A DNA stretch of 64,000 nucleotides from Campylobacterota bacterium (GCA_034661055.1 JAYEKO010000061.1:1-64000), one strand, 5' to 3'; numbered from the stretch's first letter, positions 29,773 to 49,270 are shown. Numbers and translations: made by a program. Notes: generated by a model not told the origin, from the sequence alone.

Positions 29773-31512
29773 CTAATGGCTAACTCTATTTCGTCCATCA
29801 GTTTTAGATTTATACAGAAGGTCATCTACTCTTTTAAAGACATCATCAATACTCTCTTCCCTTCGTAACTCCACCAAGCCAAGACTAATGGTTATCTGCT
29901 TTATTGTATCAAAAGAGTGCTCTTGTACATCTTCTCTTAATCGATGCGCAAACTGCTTTGCATCCTCAAGATCTGTGCCTGGTAAAATAATAATGAACTC
30001 TTCTCCACCATATCGTCCTACAATATCCGACTCTCGCAAATTCCTTTTTATTAAACTTGCTAGTGCAGTTAGAACACAATCGCCTACTGCATGTCCATAT
30101 ATATCATTAACTTGTTTAAAAAAATCAATATCAAGCATTATAATAGATAACGACGTATCATATCTCTTGGAACGATTTATCTCCATAGCAAACTGCTCCA
30201 TTAATGAGTAACGGTTGTCTATCTGTGTGAGTGTATCTATAGTAGCTAACTTCTCAAAATCATTTTTTAATTTTTCAAGTTCACTGGTTCTATGTTCTAC
30301 TTTTGATTCTAAAGTATCATTAAGTTGAAGTAGTTCATTTTTTTGAGTATTAATATTTTTTTTATAAATTGCAAAGTTCTCTTTTAATTTTTTTGTTAGG
30401 TAATAAGATGCCAGCAGTGAGATGAACATTACAATTAATGCAATATATAAGACATTATTAGACTTTAAAGATAAAAAACCATTAAGGTCCAGTTTCTGTT
30501 TTAAGATTTTACTATTAATATCTGATACATAAAATCCACTTCCTATAATCCAGTCGCTATTGGGTACTTTTTGTATGTAGGTATATTTGATTTCTACTTT
30601 ATTAGTAGATGGGTTTAACCACTCATAAGCTAGTTGAGCACTATCTTTATCACGTAGTTTTGATATGATATTATTAATGACAGACGTGGTGTTTTTATCT
30701 TTAATATCAGAAAGATTTTTACCCTCATATTCAGGTATAGACGCATTCATAAGTATCTTGCCCTTAGTACTAAGAACAAAGGTATAACTATTATTGACGG
30801 TATTAATATATTTAAGTGTTGACAACAGGGTCTTATCTGTTTTTTTATTAGCCGTATCTAAATACTCTGCGGAACCAAAATACCAACTATAATGCCCAAA
30901 TGCTTTAACAAAAGCAACTTGCCTGTATTGACGGTCTGAATTTTCATTTGGCTTTGTAAATGTGTCCCACAAAAAACCCTCGCCTCTGCTTTTACACATA
31001 GCGATCTCTTCTTGAATAACATATCTCCCCATGGCATCTTGAAAATTAATAATAGAAGAGCCCTCTAAATTTTTTAAGTACTCTGGTGCAAGTTGAAACA
31101 CTCCTTCATAATCAACAATCCAGATAAAGCTCTCGCCAGCATTCCACAATAAAGGCTTTATTGCAGTTCTTATTCTACTTTTAATCTCTGTCTGTGTTTG
31201 TGTATCTTTATGCTCTTCATAAATTGATTGAGCAATAGCGTATGCTTTTTCTACACGCTGTTTAACTCGAATTTTCAAGCGATCTTGAAGAATAGATTTG
31301 CGATAGTTGATGACATCAGAGGTATTTTGAATCTTTATCTCTACTGCACTTTTCTCTATGTTAAATAAGTTCTCGGTAGTTTTTTCTAAATTGTTTTGAA
31401 AGTCTGTATTGTACATATGAATAAATGCAAAAGAGACTAAACCGATAATCAGTGGAATAAAAACAAGTGGAGCAAAAGTGATGATTTTTAGAAATAAATT
31501 TTCTCTGTTCAT
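29773..31512 (-). CDS. Cache-domain sensor diguanylate cyclase
   Basis: Two Cache-like repeats between TMs, coiled coil, intact GGEEF and RxxD (RESD) I-site. Confidence 0.92.
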   Translation of the reverse strand: MNRENLFLKIITFAPLVFIPLIIGLVSFAFIHMYNTDFQNNLEKTTENLFNIEKSAVEIKIQNTSDVINYRKSILQDRLKIRVKQRVEKAYAIAQSIYEEHKDTQTQTEIKSRIRTAIKPLLWNAGESFIWIVDYEGVFQLAPEYLKNLEGSSIINFQDAMGRYVIQEEIAMCKSRGEGFLWDTFTKPNENSDRQYRQVAFVKAFGHYSWYFGSAEYLDTANKKTDKTLLSTLKYINTVNNSYTFVLSTKGKILMNASIPEYEGKNLSDIKDKNTTSVINNIISKLRDKDSAQLAYEWLNPSTNKVEIKYTYIQKVPNSDWIIGSGFYVSDINSKILKQKLDLNGFLSLKSNNVLYIALIVMFISLLASYYLTKKLKENFAIYKKNINTQKNELLQLNDTLESKVEHRTSELEKLKNDFEKLATIDTLTQIDNRYSLMEQFAMEINRSKRYDTSLSIIMLDIDFFKQVNDIYGHAVGDCVLTALASLIKRNLRESDIVGRYGGEEFIIILPGTDLEDAKQFAHRLREDVQEHSFDTIKQITISLGLVELRREESIDDVFKRVDDLLYKSKTDGRNRVSH

Positions 31513-31525
31513 TCTCTAGCCAACA

Positions 31526-32359
31526 CTACAAACGCTTCTGCTTCATTTGATAGATCTGTATATCATTGTTTTCAACAACATCTTTAAAAAGTTCACTCGG
31601 AGCAAATCCTGTAATATTTTGAAAGACCGTATTAAAATGTGCATTATCACTGTAGCGATATTGGATATCTTTGAGTTTTTTTGCTTCATCTACATATTTT
31701 AAAAATGTTTTACAGAACTTAGCAAGGTAAATAAAATTTTTTGGTGTCAATCCAATACACTTTTTAAACTGTCGCTCCATGGTTTTTCTTGTATATTTAA
31801 ACTCTTTCATCAATGCTACTATAGTCACATCAAAATGGTGATTATCGACAATGCTCTTCATAATATCTTCAATCAATAGATGCGTGTTGTTATTAGCTGC
31901 ATCCATCTCTATTAATGATTGATTTAAATAGTTAATCTCATCGTCTATAGTGTTATGTAAATAGAGCCTATTAAAGTAGGCATCAATAGTATCTTCAGAC
32001 ATCACTATATTGCTTGTAGTAAGAACTGAAGCATCTTTAAAAAATAGTTTATAATACCCTATTGGCAGTAGTTCAACCAAAATAATCGGCAACAATACAT
32101 TATCTAAGTAAGCACCTCTATCGATAATAACTTTTTTTGCTTTACTAGCCTTCATCCCAATTGAGTAACCTGGTAGCATCTCATGACTCTCGCCTGTGTG
32201 AAACTTTATGGTTGCTTTAACACCTCGGTTAAAAACCAAAAAGTTACCGCCATTAGGTAAAAATAACATCGACTCTATAGCACCAATATCTTTAATTACA
32301 AAATACTGTTTCACAATATTTACTAATTTTTTATCTGGTGGATATATATCGTAAGTCAT
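31526..32359 (-). CDS. AraC-family transcriptional regulator
   Basis: C-terminal RKTMERQFKKCIGLTPK and YSDNAHF...FQNITGFAP double HTH. Confidence 0.85.
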   Translation of the reverse strand: MTYDIYPPDKKLVNIVKQYFVIKDIGAIESMLFLPNGGNFLVFNRGVKATIKFHTGESHEMLPGYSIGMKASKAKKVIIDRGAYLDNVLLPIILVELLPIGYYKLFFKDASVLTTSNIVMSEDTIDAYFNRLYLHNTIDDEINYLNQSLIEMDAANNNTHLLIEDIMKSIVDNHHFDVTIVALMKEFKYTRKTMERQFKKCIGLTPKNFIYLAKFCKTFLKYVDEAKKLKDIQYRYSDNAHFNTVFQNITGFAPSELFKDVVENNDIQIYQMKQKRL

Positions 32360-32465
32360 TAAGCCTCATATACTGTTTAGTTATATAAATTTTAACATAA
32401 TTGGTTTAAGTTGCAATTGTACCCATGCGACAAATAGTTAAAATTTACTTGTTTATGCCATAATT

Positions 32466-33197
32466 ATGAGTATGAATAGCTTATTAAAAGAGTGTGCACT
32501 TGATGAGAAGTGTGCTTATATTTCTGAAAATTCACAAACTACCCACTATAAAATTATTGAGCGCTGCAGTAAAGAGAAATGTGCAGTTCTTATTGAGAGA
32601 GGATGGCGACGTTTTGGTAATATGTTTTTTCGACCTATCTGTCAAGAGTGTAACTCGTGTGAAAGTATTAAAATTGATGTTGCCAACTATAAATTTTCTA
32701 AGTCACAGCGACGTGTACTAAAAAAGGCTCAACACTTTCAATCAAAACTGCAAGAACCCTCTATGAGCAAAGAACACCTTGCTCTATTTCTAAAGTATCA
32801 TCACCATATGGAACACAAACGTGAATGGGAAAATCATGGCGTTAGTGCCAATAGTTACTACTCCTCTTTTGTCCATGGATATGGGGATTTTGGTTATGAA
32901 ATACTGTATTATGATGATGACAAACTAATTGGTGTCGATTTAGTCGATATTTTACCTGATGGAATATCATCTATCTACTTCTACTATGATCCGGATTATG
33001 AGCCTTTTTCTTTGGGAACATATACCATTTTAAAACAGATTGAACTAGCCAAAGAGAAAAATTTAGCATGGATCTATTTGGGATACTACGTACAAGAGTG
33101 TCAAAGCCTTAACTATAAAAATCGCTACAAACCGTACCATACACTCCAAGGAAGACCTTCTGAACTCAATCTTCCTTTATGGTTACCATCAGTTTAA
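32466..33197 (+). CDS. ate: Aminoacyl-tRNA protein transferase (Ate/Bpt family)
   Basis: CAYI, GWRRFG..FFRPIC, ISSIYFYYDPD, SLGTY and IYLGYYV..C.SLNYK. Confidence 0.9.
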   Translation: MSMNSLLKECALDEKCAYISENSQTTHYKIIERCSKEKCAVLIERGWRRFGNMFFRPICQECNSCESIKIDVANYKFSKSQRRVLKKAQHFQSKLQEPSMSKEHLALFLKYHHHMEHKREWENHGVSANSYYSSFVHGYGDFGYEILYYDDDKLIGVDLVDILPDGISSIYFYYDPDYEPFSLGTYTILKQIELAKEKNLAWIYLGYYVQECQSLNYKNRYKPYHTLQGRPSELNLPLWLPSV

Positions 33198-33215
33198 TCA
33201 TGCTAAACTTTTTTT

Positions 33216-33443
33216 ATGATTGATAGAATAAAAAAAGAACTCACCATCTATGCAGCACTTTTAACGTTGCTTATATTTGTTATGCATCCAGATATGCTTA
33301 GTGATCCAACAGTCCGTCTTGCACTTATGCAAGAGAAAACAAATTACGTTCATCCGCTACTTTATACATTTTTTGTATTTTTAATAGTCTATTTTTTAAG
33401 AGCTATCGTTGGTTTTATAGTAAAATTTTTTAAAAAAGATTAA
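33216..33443 (+). CDS. Small hypothetical membrane protein
   Basis: 75 aa, two hydrophobic helices with MHPD and HPL motifs. Confidence 0.65.
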   Translation: MIDRIKKELTIYAALLTLLIFVMHPDMLSDPTVRLALMQEKTNYVHPLLYTFFVFLIVYFLRAIVGFIVKFFKKD

Positions 33444-33509
33444 CTGTTTGAGTAGGTGTCAAAGCTACATGTAATTTACATGTAAATGTGTGAATGTCCT
33501 GCGACCCTG

Positions 33510-33528
33510 TGCTGAGAAGTTCTCAGCA
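33510..33528. terminator. Inverted repeat between convergent genes, downstream of fusA
   Basis: TGCTGAGAA-G-TTCTCAGCA. Confidence 0.4.
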
Positions 33529-33554
33529 TCAGTGTATAAATAAGGAGTTGACCC

Positions 33555-35645
33555 TTATCCGTTTCTTTTCTTCTGAATCTCTTCAGATACGTTGCGTGGA
33601 ACTTCTTCATAGTGATCAAATTCCATAGAGTATGTTGCACGACCTTGAGTTGCAGAACGTAGGTCAGTTGAGTAACCAAACATCTCAGCAAGTGGTACAA
33701 ATGCATCAACAATCTTGTTACCTGAACGGTCACCCATTGAGTTAACTTGACCACGACGACGGTTAAGGTCACCAATAACGTCACCCATGTACTCTTCAGG
33801 AACTTCAACTTCAACTTTCATTAGTGGTTCAAGAATTGAAGGTGATGCCTTACGACACGCCTCTTTAAATCCCATTGATGCAGCTAGTTTAAACGCCATC
33901 TCATTCGAGTCAACATCGTGGTATGAACCATCATAAAGTGTTACATCAATATCTTCCATTGGATAACCAGCAAGAACACCAGTCTGCATCGTTTCAGCAC
34001 AACCTTTTTCAACTGCAGGAATATACTCTTTTGGAACTGCCCCACCTTTAATCTCATTGTGGAAAACAAATCCTGTATCAGGCTCACCCGGCTTAACTCT
34101 AAGGTAAACATGACCAAACTGACCACGACCACCTGACTGCTTAGCGTATTTGTACTCTTGTTGTACCTCGTCTTTAATAGACTCACGGTAAGATACCTGA
34201 GGAGCACCTACTTCAGCTTCAACTTTGAACTCACGGAACATTCTATCTACAAGAATCTCAAGGTGTAGTTCACCCATTCCTGAAATAATAGTCTGACCGG
34301 TCTCTTCATCAGTATGAACTCTAAAAGATGGATCTTCAGCTGCTAGTTTAGAGAGGGCAATACCCATTTTTTCTTGGTCAGCTTTAGTTTTTGGCTCAAC
34401 AGCAACAGAGATAACCGGATCTGGGAAATCCATTCTCTCTAATACTACTTTATCTTCAGGAGCACATAGTGTATCTCCCGTAGTTGTAGATTTAAGACCA
34501 ACAACCGCACCAATTTCACCAGCATAAATAGTTTTTACTTCTTCACGTTTAATCGCATGCATTTTTACAATACGGCCGATACGCTCTTTTTTATCTTTTG
34601 TAGTATTGTGAACATATGAACCTGAGTCTAATGAACCACGATATACACGAATAAAAGTAAGAACACCAACAAATGGATCGGTCATAATTTTAAATGCTAA
34701 TGATGCAAATGCACCTTCATCACTTGACTCAACTGCAACTTCAGCTTCTTCATCTTCCATCATAGTACCTTTGATGGCTTCTGATTCAACTGGAGATGGA
34801 AGGTAAGCAACAACAGCATCAAGAAGTGTCTGAATACCTTTGTTTTTAAATGCAGTACCACACGCCATTGGAACGATTGCCATACCAATAGTAGCTGCTT
34901 TAATTCCTGCAACGATCTCGTCTTCAGAAATCTCTTCACCCTCTAAAAACTTTTCAGCAAACTCTTCGTTTCCATCAACTTCAGAGATAGACTCTAGTAG
35001 TTTTTCTCTGTACTCTTCAGCTCTATCTTGCAGGTTAGCAGGAATCTCTTCTACATGGTAGTTAGAACCCATTGCAGCATCTTTATCCCATACAATTGCT
35101 TTCATTTTTACAAGATCGACAACACCGTCAAATTGATCTTCAGCACCAATTGGAATCTGAATAGGAACCGGATTACCTTTTAGACGCTCACGAATTTGAG
35201 TTTCAACTTCAAAGAAATCTGCACCTGTTCTATCCATTTTGTTAACAAAAACAATAGATGGCACTTTATAACGGTTACGTTGACGCCATACTGTCTCTGA
35301 TTGAGGCTGAACCCCACCAACAGCACAAAATACTGAAACAGCGCCATCAAGAACACGCATAGAACGTTCAACTTCAATAGTAAAGTCAACGTGACCCGGA
35401 GTATCGATGATATTGATCTGTTTACCAGACCACTCACAAGTTGTTGCAGCAGAAGTAATGGTAATACCACGCTCTTGCTCTTGTTCCATCCAGTCCATAG
35501 TGGCAGCACCATCATGAACCTCACCTATTTTATGCTCTACACCTGTGTAGAATAAAATACGCTCTGTTGCAGTAGTCTTACCCGCATCAATGTGCGCAGC
35601 AATACCAATGTTTCTTACATCTTCTAATTTATGAGATCTTGCCAT
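33555..35645 (-). CDS. fusA: Elongation factor G
   Basis: [23 protein letters not shown] and GMGELHL. Confidence 0.99.
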   Translation of the reverse strand: MARSHKLEDVRNIGIAAHIDAGKTTATERILFYTGVEHKIGEVHDGAATMDWMEQEQERGITITSAATTCEWSGKQINIIDTPGHVDFTIEVERSMRVLDGAVSVFCAVGGVQPQSETVWRQRNRYKVPSIVFVNKMDRTGADFFEVETQIRERLKGNPVPIQIPIGAEDQFDGVVDLVKMKAIVWDKDAAMGSNYHVEEIPANLQDRAEEYREKLLESISEVDGNEEFAEKFLEGEEISEDEIVAGIKAATIGMAIVPMACGTAFKNKGIQTLLDAVVAYLPSPVESEAIKGTMMEDEEAEVAVESSDEGAFASLAFKIMTDPFVGVLTFIRVYRGSLDSGSYVHNTTKDKKERIGRIVKMHAIKREEVKTIYAGEIGAVVGLKSTTTGDTLCAPEDKVVLERMDFPDPVISVAVEPKTKADQEKMGIALSKLAAEDPSFRVHTDEETGQTIISGMGELHLEILVDRMFREFKVEAEVGAPQVSYRESIKDEVQQEYKYAKQSGGRGQFGHVYLRVKPGEPDTGFVFHNEIKGGAVPKEYIPAVEKGCAETMQTGVLAGYPMEDIDVTLYDGSYHDVDSNEMAFKLAASMGFKEACRKASPSILEPLMKVEVEVPEEYMGDVIGDLNRRRGQVNSMGDRSGNKIVDAFVPLAEMFGYSTDLRSATQGRATYSMEFDHYEEVPRNVSEEIQKKRNG

Positions 35646-35656
35646 AATTTATCCTA

Positions 35657-36169
<513 letters not shown>

Positions 36170-36255
36170 TTAACTACGTTAACACTCGGTTAATCATTTA
36201 CTCAAAGATTTTTCAATCTCTGTTATTCTTTTACTTATTTATTTAGTAAAACAGC

Positions 36256-36630
36256 CTATTTTTTAGGTTTCTTTGTACCGTACTTAGAACGTGCAACCAT
36301 ACGGTTAGCAACACCAGCAGTATCAAGTGCACCACGAACGATGTGATACTTAACACCCGGTAAATCTTTAATACGACCACCACGAACAAGAACAATTGAG
36401 TGCTCTTGAAGGTTATGACCCTCACCACCGATATATGAGATAACTTCAAAACCTGAAGTTAAACGAACTTTAGCAACTTTACGAAGTGCCGAGTTTGGTT
36501 TTTTAGGTGTAGTTGTGTAAACACGTGTACATACACCACGACGCTGTGGACAGCTAACAAGCGCAGGTGATTTAGATTTTTTAATCACTTGTTTACGCTC
36601 TTTACGAATCAATTGATTGATTGTAGGCAT
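36256..36630 (-). CDS. rpsL: 30S ribosomal protein S12
   Basis: [17 protein letters not shown] and KDLPGV; start at ATG 36630. Confidence 0.99.
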   Translation of the reverse strand: MPTINQLIRKERKQVIKKSKSPALVSCPQRRGVCTRVYTTTPKKPNSALRKVAKVRLTSGFEVISYIGGEGHNLQEHSIVLVRGGRIKDLPGVKYHIVRGALDTAGVANRMVARSKYGTKKPKK

Positions 36631-36698
36631 GTTTTTCCTTTGTGTATTTTTTCCAGTAGAATGATAATCTCTTGATTTCAAGGACTATTAAACGCGTG

Positions 36699-36704
36699 AT
36701 TATA
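36699..36704 (-). promoter_or_regulatory. Putative -10 box (TATAAT) of the rpsL-rpsG-fusA operon
   Basis: TATAAT about 70 nt upstream of rpsL, with AT-rich sequence further upstream. Confidence 0.55.
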
Positions 36705-36770
36705 GTTAAATATAGATAAAAAATAGCTTATTTTAAGCAATTATTAATATTTTATGAATTGAGAGGGAAG

Positions 36771-36817
36771 AAAAGAGATAGATTAAAGGCACTTCTAAAG
36801 AGAAGCACTTTAATCTA
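36771..36817 (-). terminator. Rho-independent terminator after rpoC
   Basis: TAGATTAAAG..CTTCT/AGAAG..CTTTAATCTA hairpin followed on minus by TCTCTTTTCTT. Confidence 0.65.
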
Positions 36818-36843
36818 AATTTACATGTAAATGAAGTTAATAG

Positions 36844-45601
<8,758 letters not shown>

Positions 45602-45708
45602 TCACAAACCGACGCAAGTCAGCTTATGAAAGTACCCAAGAAAAGCACGTTAAGGATGCATAAGAAAAAAAACTAGATTTTTTTCTTATGTCACGCCTTT
45701 AAGCGAAA

Positions 45709-46083
45709 CTATTTAATTTCGGCAGTTGCACCAGCTTCTTCAAGCTGCTTTTTAGCTTCTTCAGCATCTTCTTTAGATACGCCTTCTTTAATTGTTGAAG
45801 GTGTAGCTTCTGCAGCTTCTTTAGCTTCTTTTAGTCCAAGACCTGTAAGAGCACGAACTGCTTTAATAACGTTAATTTTCTTAGCGCCACAGTCAGTAAG
45901 AACTACATCAAACTCAGTTTTCTCTTCAGCAGCTCCACCAGCGTCACCACCAGCTCCACCAGCAACCGCTACAGGTTGTGCAGAAACACCAAATTTCTCT
46001 TCGAATTCTTTAACAAGCTCAGAAAGCTCAAGTACAGATAGGTTAGAAATAAATTCTAATACGTCTTCTTTAGTTACAGCCAT
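45709..46083 (-). CDS. rplL: 50S ribosomal protein L7/L12
   Basis: EEKTEFDV and LGLKEAK. Confidence 0.99.
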   Translation of the reverse strand: MAVTKEDVLEFISNLSVLELSELVKEFEEKFGVSAQPVAVAGGAGGDAGGAAEEKTEFDVVLTDCGAKKINVIKAVRALTGLGLKEAKEAAEATPSTIKEGVSKEDAEEAKKQLEEAGATAEIK

Positions 46084-46136
46084 AATTATGACTCCTTTAT
46101 TTTATTTTATAAAATGAAGGAAAACCTTCATTTTGT

Positions 46137-46212
46137 ACGCAATCTAAACAAAGTCTAGATTACTACGCTAACGCTAAGTTCTCTTCAGCAGAGAGCTCAC
46201 GCAACTTGTTGC
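46137..46212 (-). repeat. Structured intergenic repeat, copy A (rplJ-rplL)
   Basis: Shares the TTACTACGCTAACGCT core and flanking hairpins with copies at 48150 and 49193. Confidence 0.85.
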
Positions 46213-46221
46213 TTTTTATAA

Positions 46222-46707
46222 TTAAGAAGCTTCAGCTTCTAACTTTTCTTTAAGTGCATTAATTCCAATAGTGAAATTCTGTACTGGTGCCATCCAAGTA
46301 GCTGCAAGCATACCAAGAAGTTCTTCGCGACCAGGTAGTTTAGCAAATGCTTCAACTTTAGCAGCATCACTAGCTTCACCATCAATGTATGCAGTTCTAA
46401 TTACAAGTTTTTCATTTTTCTTCGCAAATTCTGATACAGTCTTTGCTGCTGAAATTGAATCTTCTCCCCAAATAAAAATATTTGTGTCAGTGATTTCAAT
46501 ACCAGTCATATCAGCATTTTTAAGTGCAATTGTTGCTAAAGTATTTTTAACAACTTGTACTTTTGCCTCTTTGCCTCGTGCAATATCACGTAACTCTTCT
46601 AATTCAGAACAAGTAAGTCCACGATAGTCGCACATAACAACACAGCTTGAATCTTTGAATTCACTTGTAAGCGTATCTACGATTACTGCTTTTTGTGATT
46701 TAGTCAT
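46222..46707 (-). CDS. rplJ: 50S ribosomal protein L10
   Basis: DYRGLT, VVKNTL and AKLPGREEL. Confidence 0.98.
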   Translation of the reverse strand: MTKSQKAVIVDTLTSEFKDSSCVVMCDYRGLTCSELEELRDIARGKEAKVQVVKNTLATIALKNADMTGIEITDTNIFIWGEDSISAAKTVSEFAKKNEKLVIRTAYIDGEASDAAKVEAFAKLPGREELLGMLAATWMAPVQNFTIGINALKEKLEAEAS

Positions 46708-46711
46708 TATT

Positions 46712-46792
46712 TCTCCTCTCCAGACTTTATAACTTCCAGAAGGGCGGATAAACTCCGTTTAAGCAGATGCCCCTAGCTTTCTCTAGTCCATA
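46712..46792 (-). promoter_or_regulatory. Putative L10 leader (autogenous r-protein riboregulator)
   Basis: Minus strand GGACTAGAGAAAGCTAGGGG...CTTAAA...CCCTTCTGGAAG...AAAGTC directly before the rplJ RBS; has the position and GA/UUAA elements expected of an L10 leader; no covariance model run. Confidence 0.5.
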
Positions 46793-46907
46793 AAATTCAG
46801 ATTCTAACAGGTAAAATCTTTACTGTAACATCCAACGATGTAACAATAAAAACAGTGCCATAAATGAAATTTACATGTAAATGAAATTTACATGTAAATT
46901 ATATAAC

Positions 46908-47603
46908 TTACTTAACGTCAGCTATCTCATTTAGATCGAATTTAACTGCCGGACTCATAGTTAGTGAGAGTGCAGCATTTTTAATGTAACGACCTTTTGC
47001 AGATGCAGGTTTTTGCTTGTTAATTGCAGAAACAAATGCAAGGATATTTTCATTAAGTTTATCTGTATCAAAACTAGCTTTACCGATACCAGCGTGAATG
47101 TTACCTTTTTTGTCAACACGGAACGCCACTTGGCCGCCTTTTACGTTGTTAACAGCAGTAGCAACATCTGGAGTTACCGTACCAGTTTTAGGGTTAGGCA
47201 TTAGACCTTTTGGCCCTAGAATACGACCGATTTTACCTACTAGACCCATACAATCAGGTGCAGCAACAACGATGTCGAAGTTGAAGATACCCTCTTGAAT
47301 CTGTTCTACTAAGTCATCAGTACCAACAATATCTGCACCTGCTGCTTTAGCTTCATCAGCTTTAGCACCTTTAGCAAATACAGCAACACGTACAGTTTTA
47401 CCTGTACCGTTAGGAAGTACAATTGCACCACGAACCATCTGGTCAGCGTGGCGTGGATCAACGTTAAGATTCATTGCGATCTCAACAGTCTCATCAAATT
47501 TTGCAGATTTCAAAGTTTTTACAACTTCAGAAGCCTCTGCGATAGTATAGTTTTTAGTTGTATCAATTTTTTCAATTAATTGCTTGTAACGTTTACTTGC
47601 CAT
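46908..47603 (-). CDS. rplA: 50S ribosomal protein L1
   Basis: AKFDETVE and [16 protein letters not shown]. Confidence 0.99.
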   Translation of the reverse strand: MASKRYKQLIEKIDTTKNYTIAEASEVVKTLKSAKFDETVEIAMNLNVDPRHADQMVRGAIVLPNGTGKTVRVAVFAKGAKADEAKAAGADIVGTDDLVEQIQEGIFNFDIVVAAPDCMGLVGKIGRILGPKGLMPNPKTGTVTPDVATAVNNVKGGQVAFRVDKKGNIHAGIGKASFDTDKLNENILAFVSAINKQKPASAKGRYIKNAALSLTMSPAVKFDLNEIADVK

Positions 47604-47700
47604 TACTTTAATCTCCTGTTATATTTCAGTGCCGCAGTTTTTTTATATCTTTGCGGTCGAAGATAGTATTTAATTAACTCTTTAATATCTAAATAGATAT

Positions 47701-48126
47701 TTAGTCTACGATTTCAATACCCATTGAACGCGCTGAACCTGCAAGTGTATTAGCAGCCATCTCTTCGTCGCTAGTATTTAAATCTTCGATTTTAGCTTTA
47801 ACAACTTCCATCAATTGAGCTTTAGTGATTTTTCCAACTTTATTTTTAAGTGGATTGTCAGTACCCTTTTTAAGACCTGCAGCTTTCATTAGTAGAGCTG
47901 ATGCCGGTGGTTGTTTTGTGATAAAAGAGAAACTTCTATCTGCATACACTGTAATTACTACAGGTACTTTGAACCCCATTTTATCTTTTGTTTTTTCATT
48001 GAATGCTTTACAGAATTCCATGATATTAACACCACGCTGTCCTAATGCTGGACCAACCGGTGGTGCCGGGTTAGCTTTACCTGCATCGATCTGCAGTTTG
48101 ATATAATCCATAACTTTTTTTGCCAT
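47701..48126 (-). CDS. rplK: 50S ribosomal protein L11
   Basis: [15 protein letters not shown] and GSARSMG; start at ATG 48126. Confidence 0.99.
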   Translation of the reverse strand: MAKKVMDYIKLQIDAGKANPAPPVGPALGQRGVNIMEFCKAFNEKTKDKMGFKVPVVITVYADRSFSFITKQPPASALLMKAAGLKKGTDNPLKNKVGKITKAQLMEVVKAKIEDLNTSDEEMAANTLAGSARSMGIEIVD

Positions 48127-48149
48127 TGTGCTTCCTTTCATTGTTTGAT

Positions 48150-48226
48150 ACGCAATCTGAACATGTCCAGATTACTACGCTAACGCTAAGTTGTCTTCAG
48201 CAGACGGCTCAACGCACTAATGCGTT
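48150..48226 (-). repeat. Structured intergenic repeat, copy B (nusG-rplK)
   Basis: See copy A; core at 48172-48187. Confidence 0.85.
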
Positions 48227-48320
48227 TAGCTCATAGTCTAAAAGAACTACTTTTACTTACGTAATTTTTCTACGCTAAGGCTAAACTTTGAATAAAGGCT
48301 AGGCTTAGCGTAGATTTAAC

Positions 48321-48848
48321 TTAAATTATTTTTTCTACTTGTGTGAATGAGATGTCCACTGGTGTGCTTCGACCAAAAATAAGAACATTTAGTTTTAGTG
48401 TTCCATGCTCTAAATCATAATCATCAACAGTACCTGTAAAGTTTGCAAATGGACCGTCAATAATACGTACTGTCTCACCCATATCAAAAAATACTTTTGG
48501 TTTTGGTGCAGCACGGTTTTGTACACGATCAAGGATAACTTCAACATCGTGCTGAGCTAAAGGTGTTGGTATATTAGATTCTCCAATAAAACCAGAAACC
48601 TTTGGAATTCCCTGAATCATATGTTGAATATTTGTATCTAAATCAATCTTAGCAAATACATACCCTGAGTAAAGTGAACGCTCAGAAATTTTCTTGTTGC
48701 CATCTTTAATCTCAATAACATCTTCTGTAGGAACAACAACTTCAACAATTTTTTCTTGTAAAGAGTACTCTTCTATTAAGTTAAGAATAGCCTCTCTTAC
48801 TTTACGATCACTTCCATAGGTCTGGATTGAGTACCACTCATGTGCCAT
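48321..48848 (-). CDS. nusG: Transcription factor NusG
   Basis: NGN domain (YSGYVF) and KOW ([22 protein letters not shown]). Confidence 0.98.
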   Translation of the reverse strand: MAHEWYSIQTYGSDRKVREAILNLIEEYSLQEKIVEVVVPTEDVIEIKDGNKKISERSLYSGYVFAKIDLDTNIQHMIQGIPKVSGFIGESNIPTPLAQHDVEVILDRVQNRAAPKPKVFFDMGETVRIIDGPFANFTGTVDDYDLEHGTLKLNVLIFGRSTPVDISFTQVEKII

Positions 48849-48856
48849 ATTCTCTC

Positions 48857-49039
48857 CTAACCTAAAATTACTGACAGTGTTGAAGACATAATTAAGTCTA
48901 CTAAAGCTAAAAATAGAGCAACAAACGTAACTACCATAAACACAGCAATAAATGCTTGACGCACCTGAGCTTTTGTCGGGAAAATTACTTTTGTTAATTC
49001 TGATTTAGCATTTCTAAATGCTGTTGTAATACCATTCAT
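48857..49039 (-). CDS. secE: Preprotein translocase subunit SecE
   Basis: ELTKVIFPT plus single TM; canonical position before nusG. Confidence 0.95.
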   Translation of the reverse strand: MNGITTAFRNAKSELTKVIFPTKAQVRQAFIAVFMVVTFVALFLALVDLIMSSTLSVILG

Positions 49040-49105
49040 ATCTTCTGTCCTAAAATTAACATTTCCAATAACTAAAGCTCAAAAGCTTTACTGATTGAAC
49101 ATGGG

Positions 49106-49181
49106 TGGCAGGCGTAGAGAGACTCGAACTCCCAACACCCGGATTTGGAATCCGGTGCTCTACCATTGGAGCTATACGCCT
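49106..49181 (-). tRNA. tRNA-Trp (CCA)
   Basis: 76-nt cloverleaf AGGCGTA...CCGGA-TTCCAAA-TCCGG...TTCGA...GCCA. Confidence 0.97.
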
Positions 49182-49192
49182 TTGTTTTGTAA

Positions 49193-49270
49193 ACGTAATC
49201 TGAACAAAGTCCAGCTTACTACGCTAACGCTGAGTTTCTCTCGGCGAGAAGCCCAAATCGCTAGCAATTT
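49193..49270 (-). repeat. Structured intergenic repeat, copy C (rpmG-tRNA-Trp)
   Basis: See copy A; core at 49216-49231. Confidence 0.85.

Noticed and set aside
46137..49270. Three-copy element as a CRISPR array or tRNA remnants
   Set aside because: Copies are kilobases apart, separated by core genes, and lack a cloverleaf, T-loop or CCA end.
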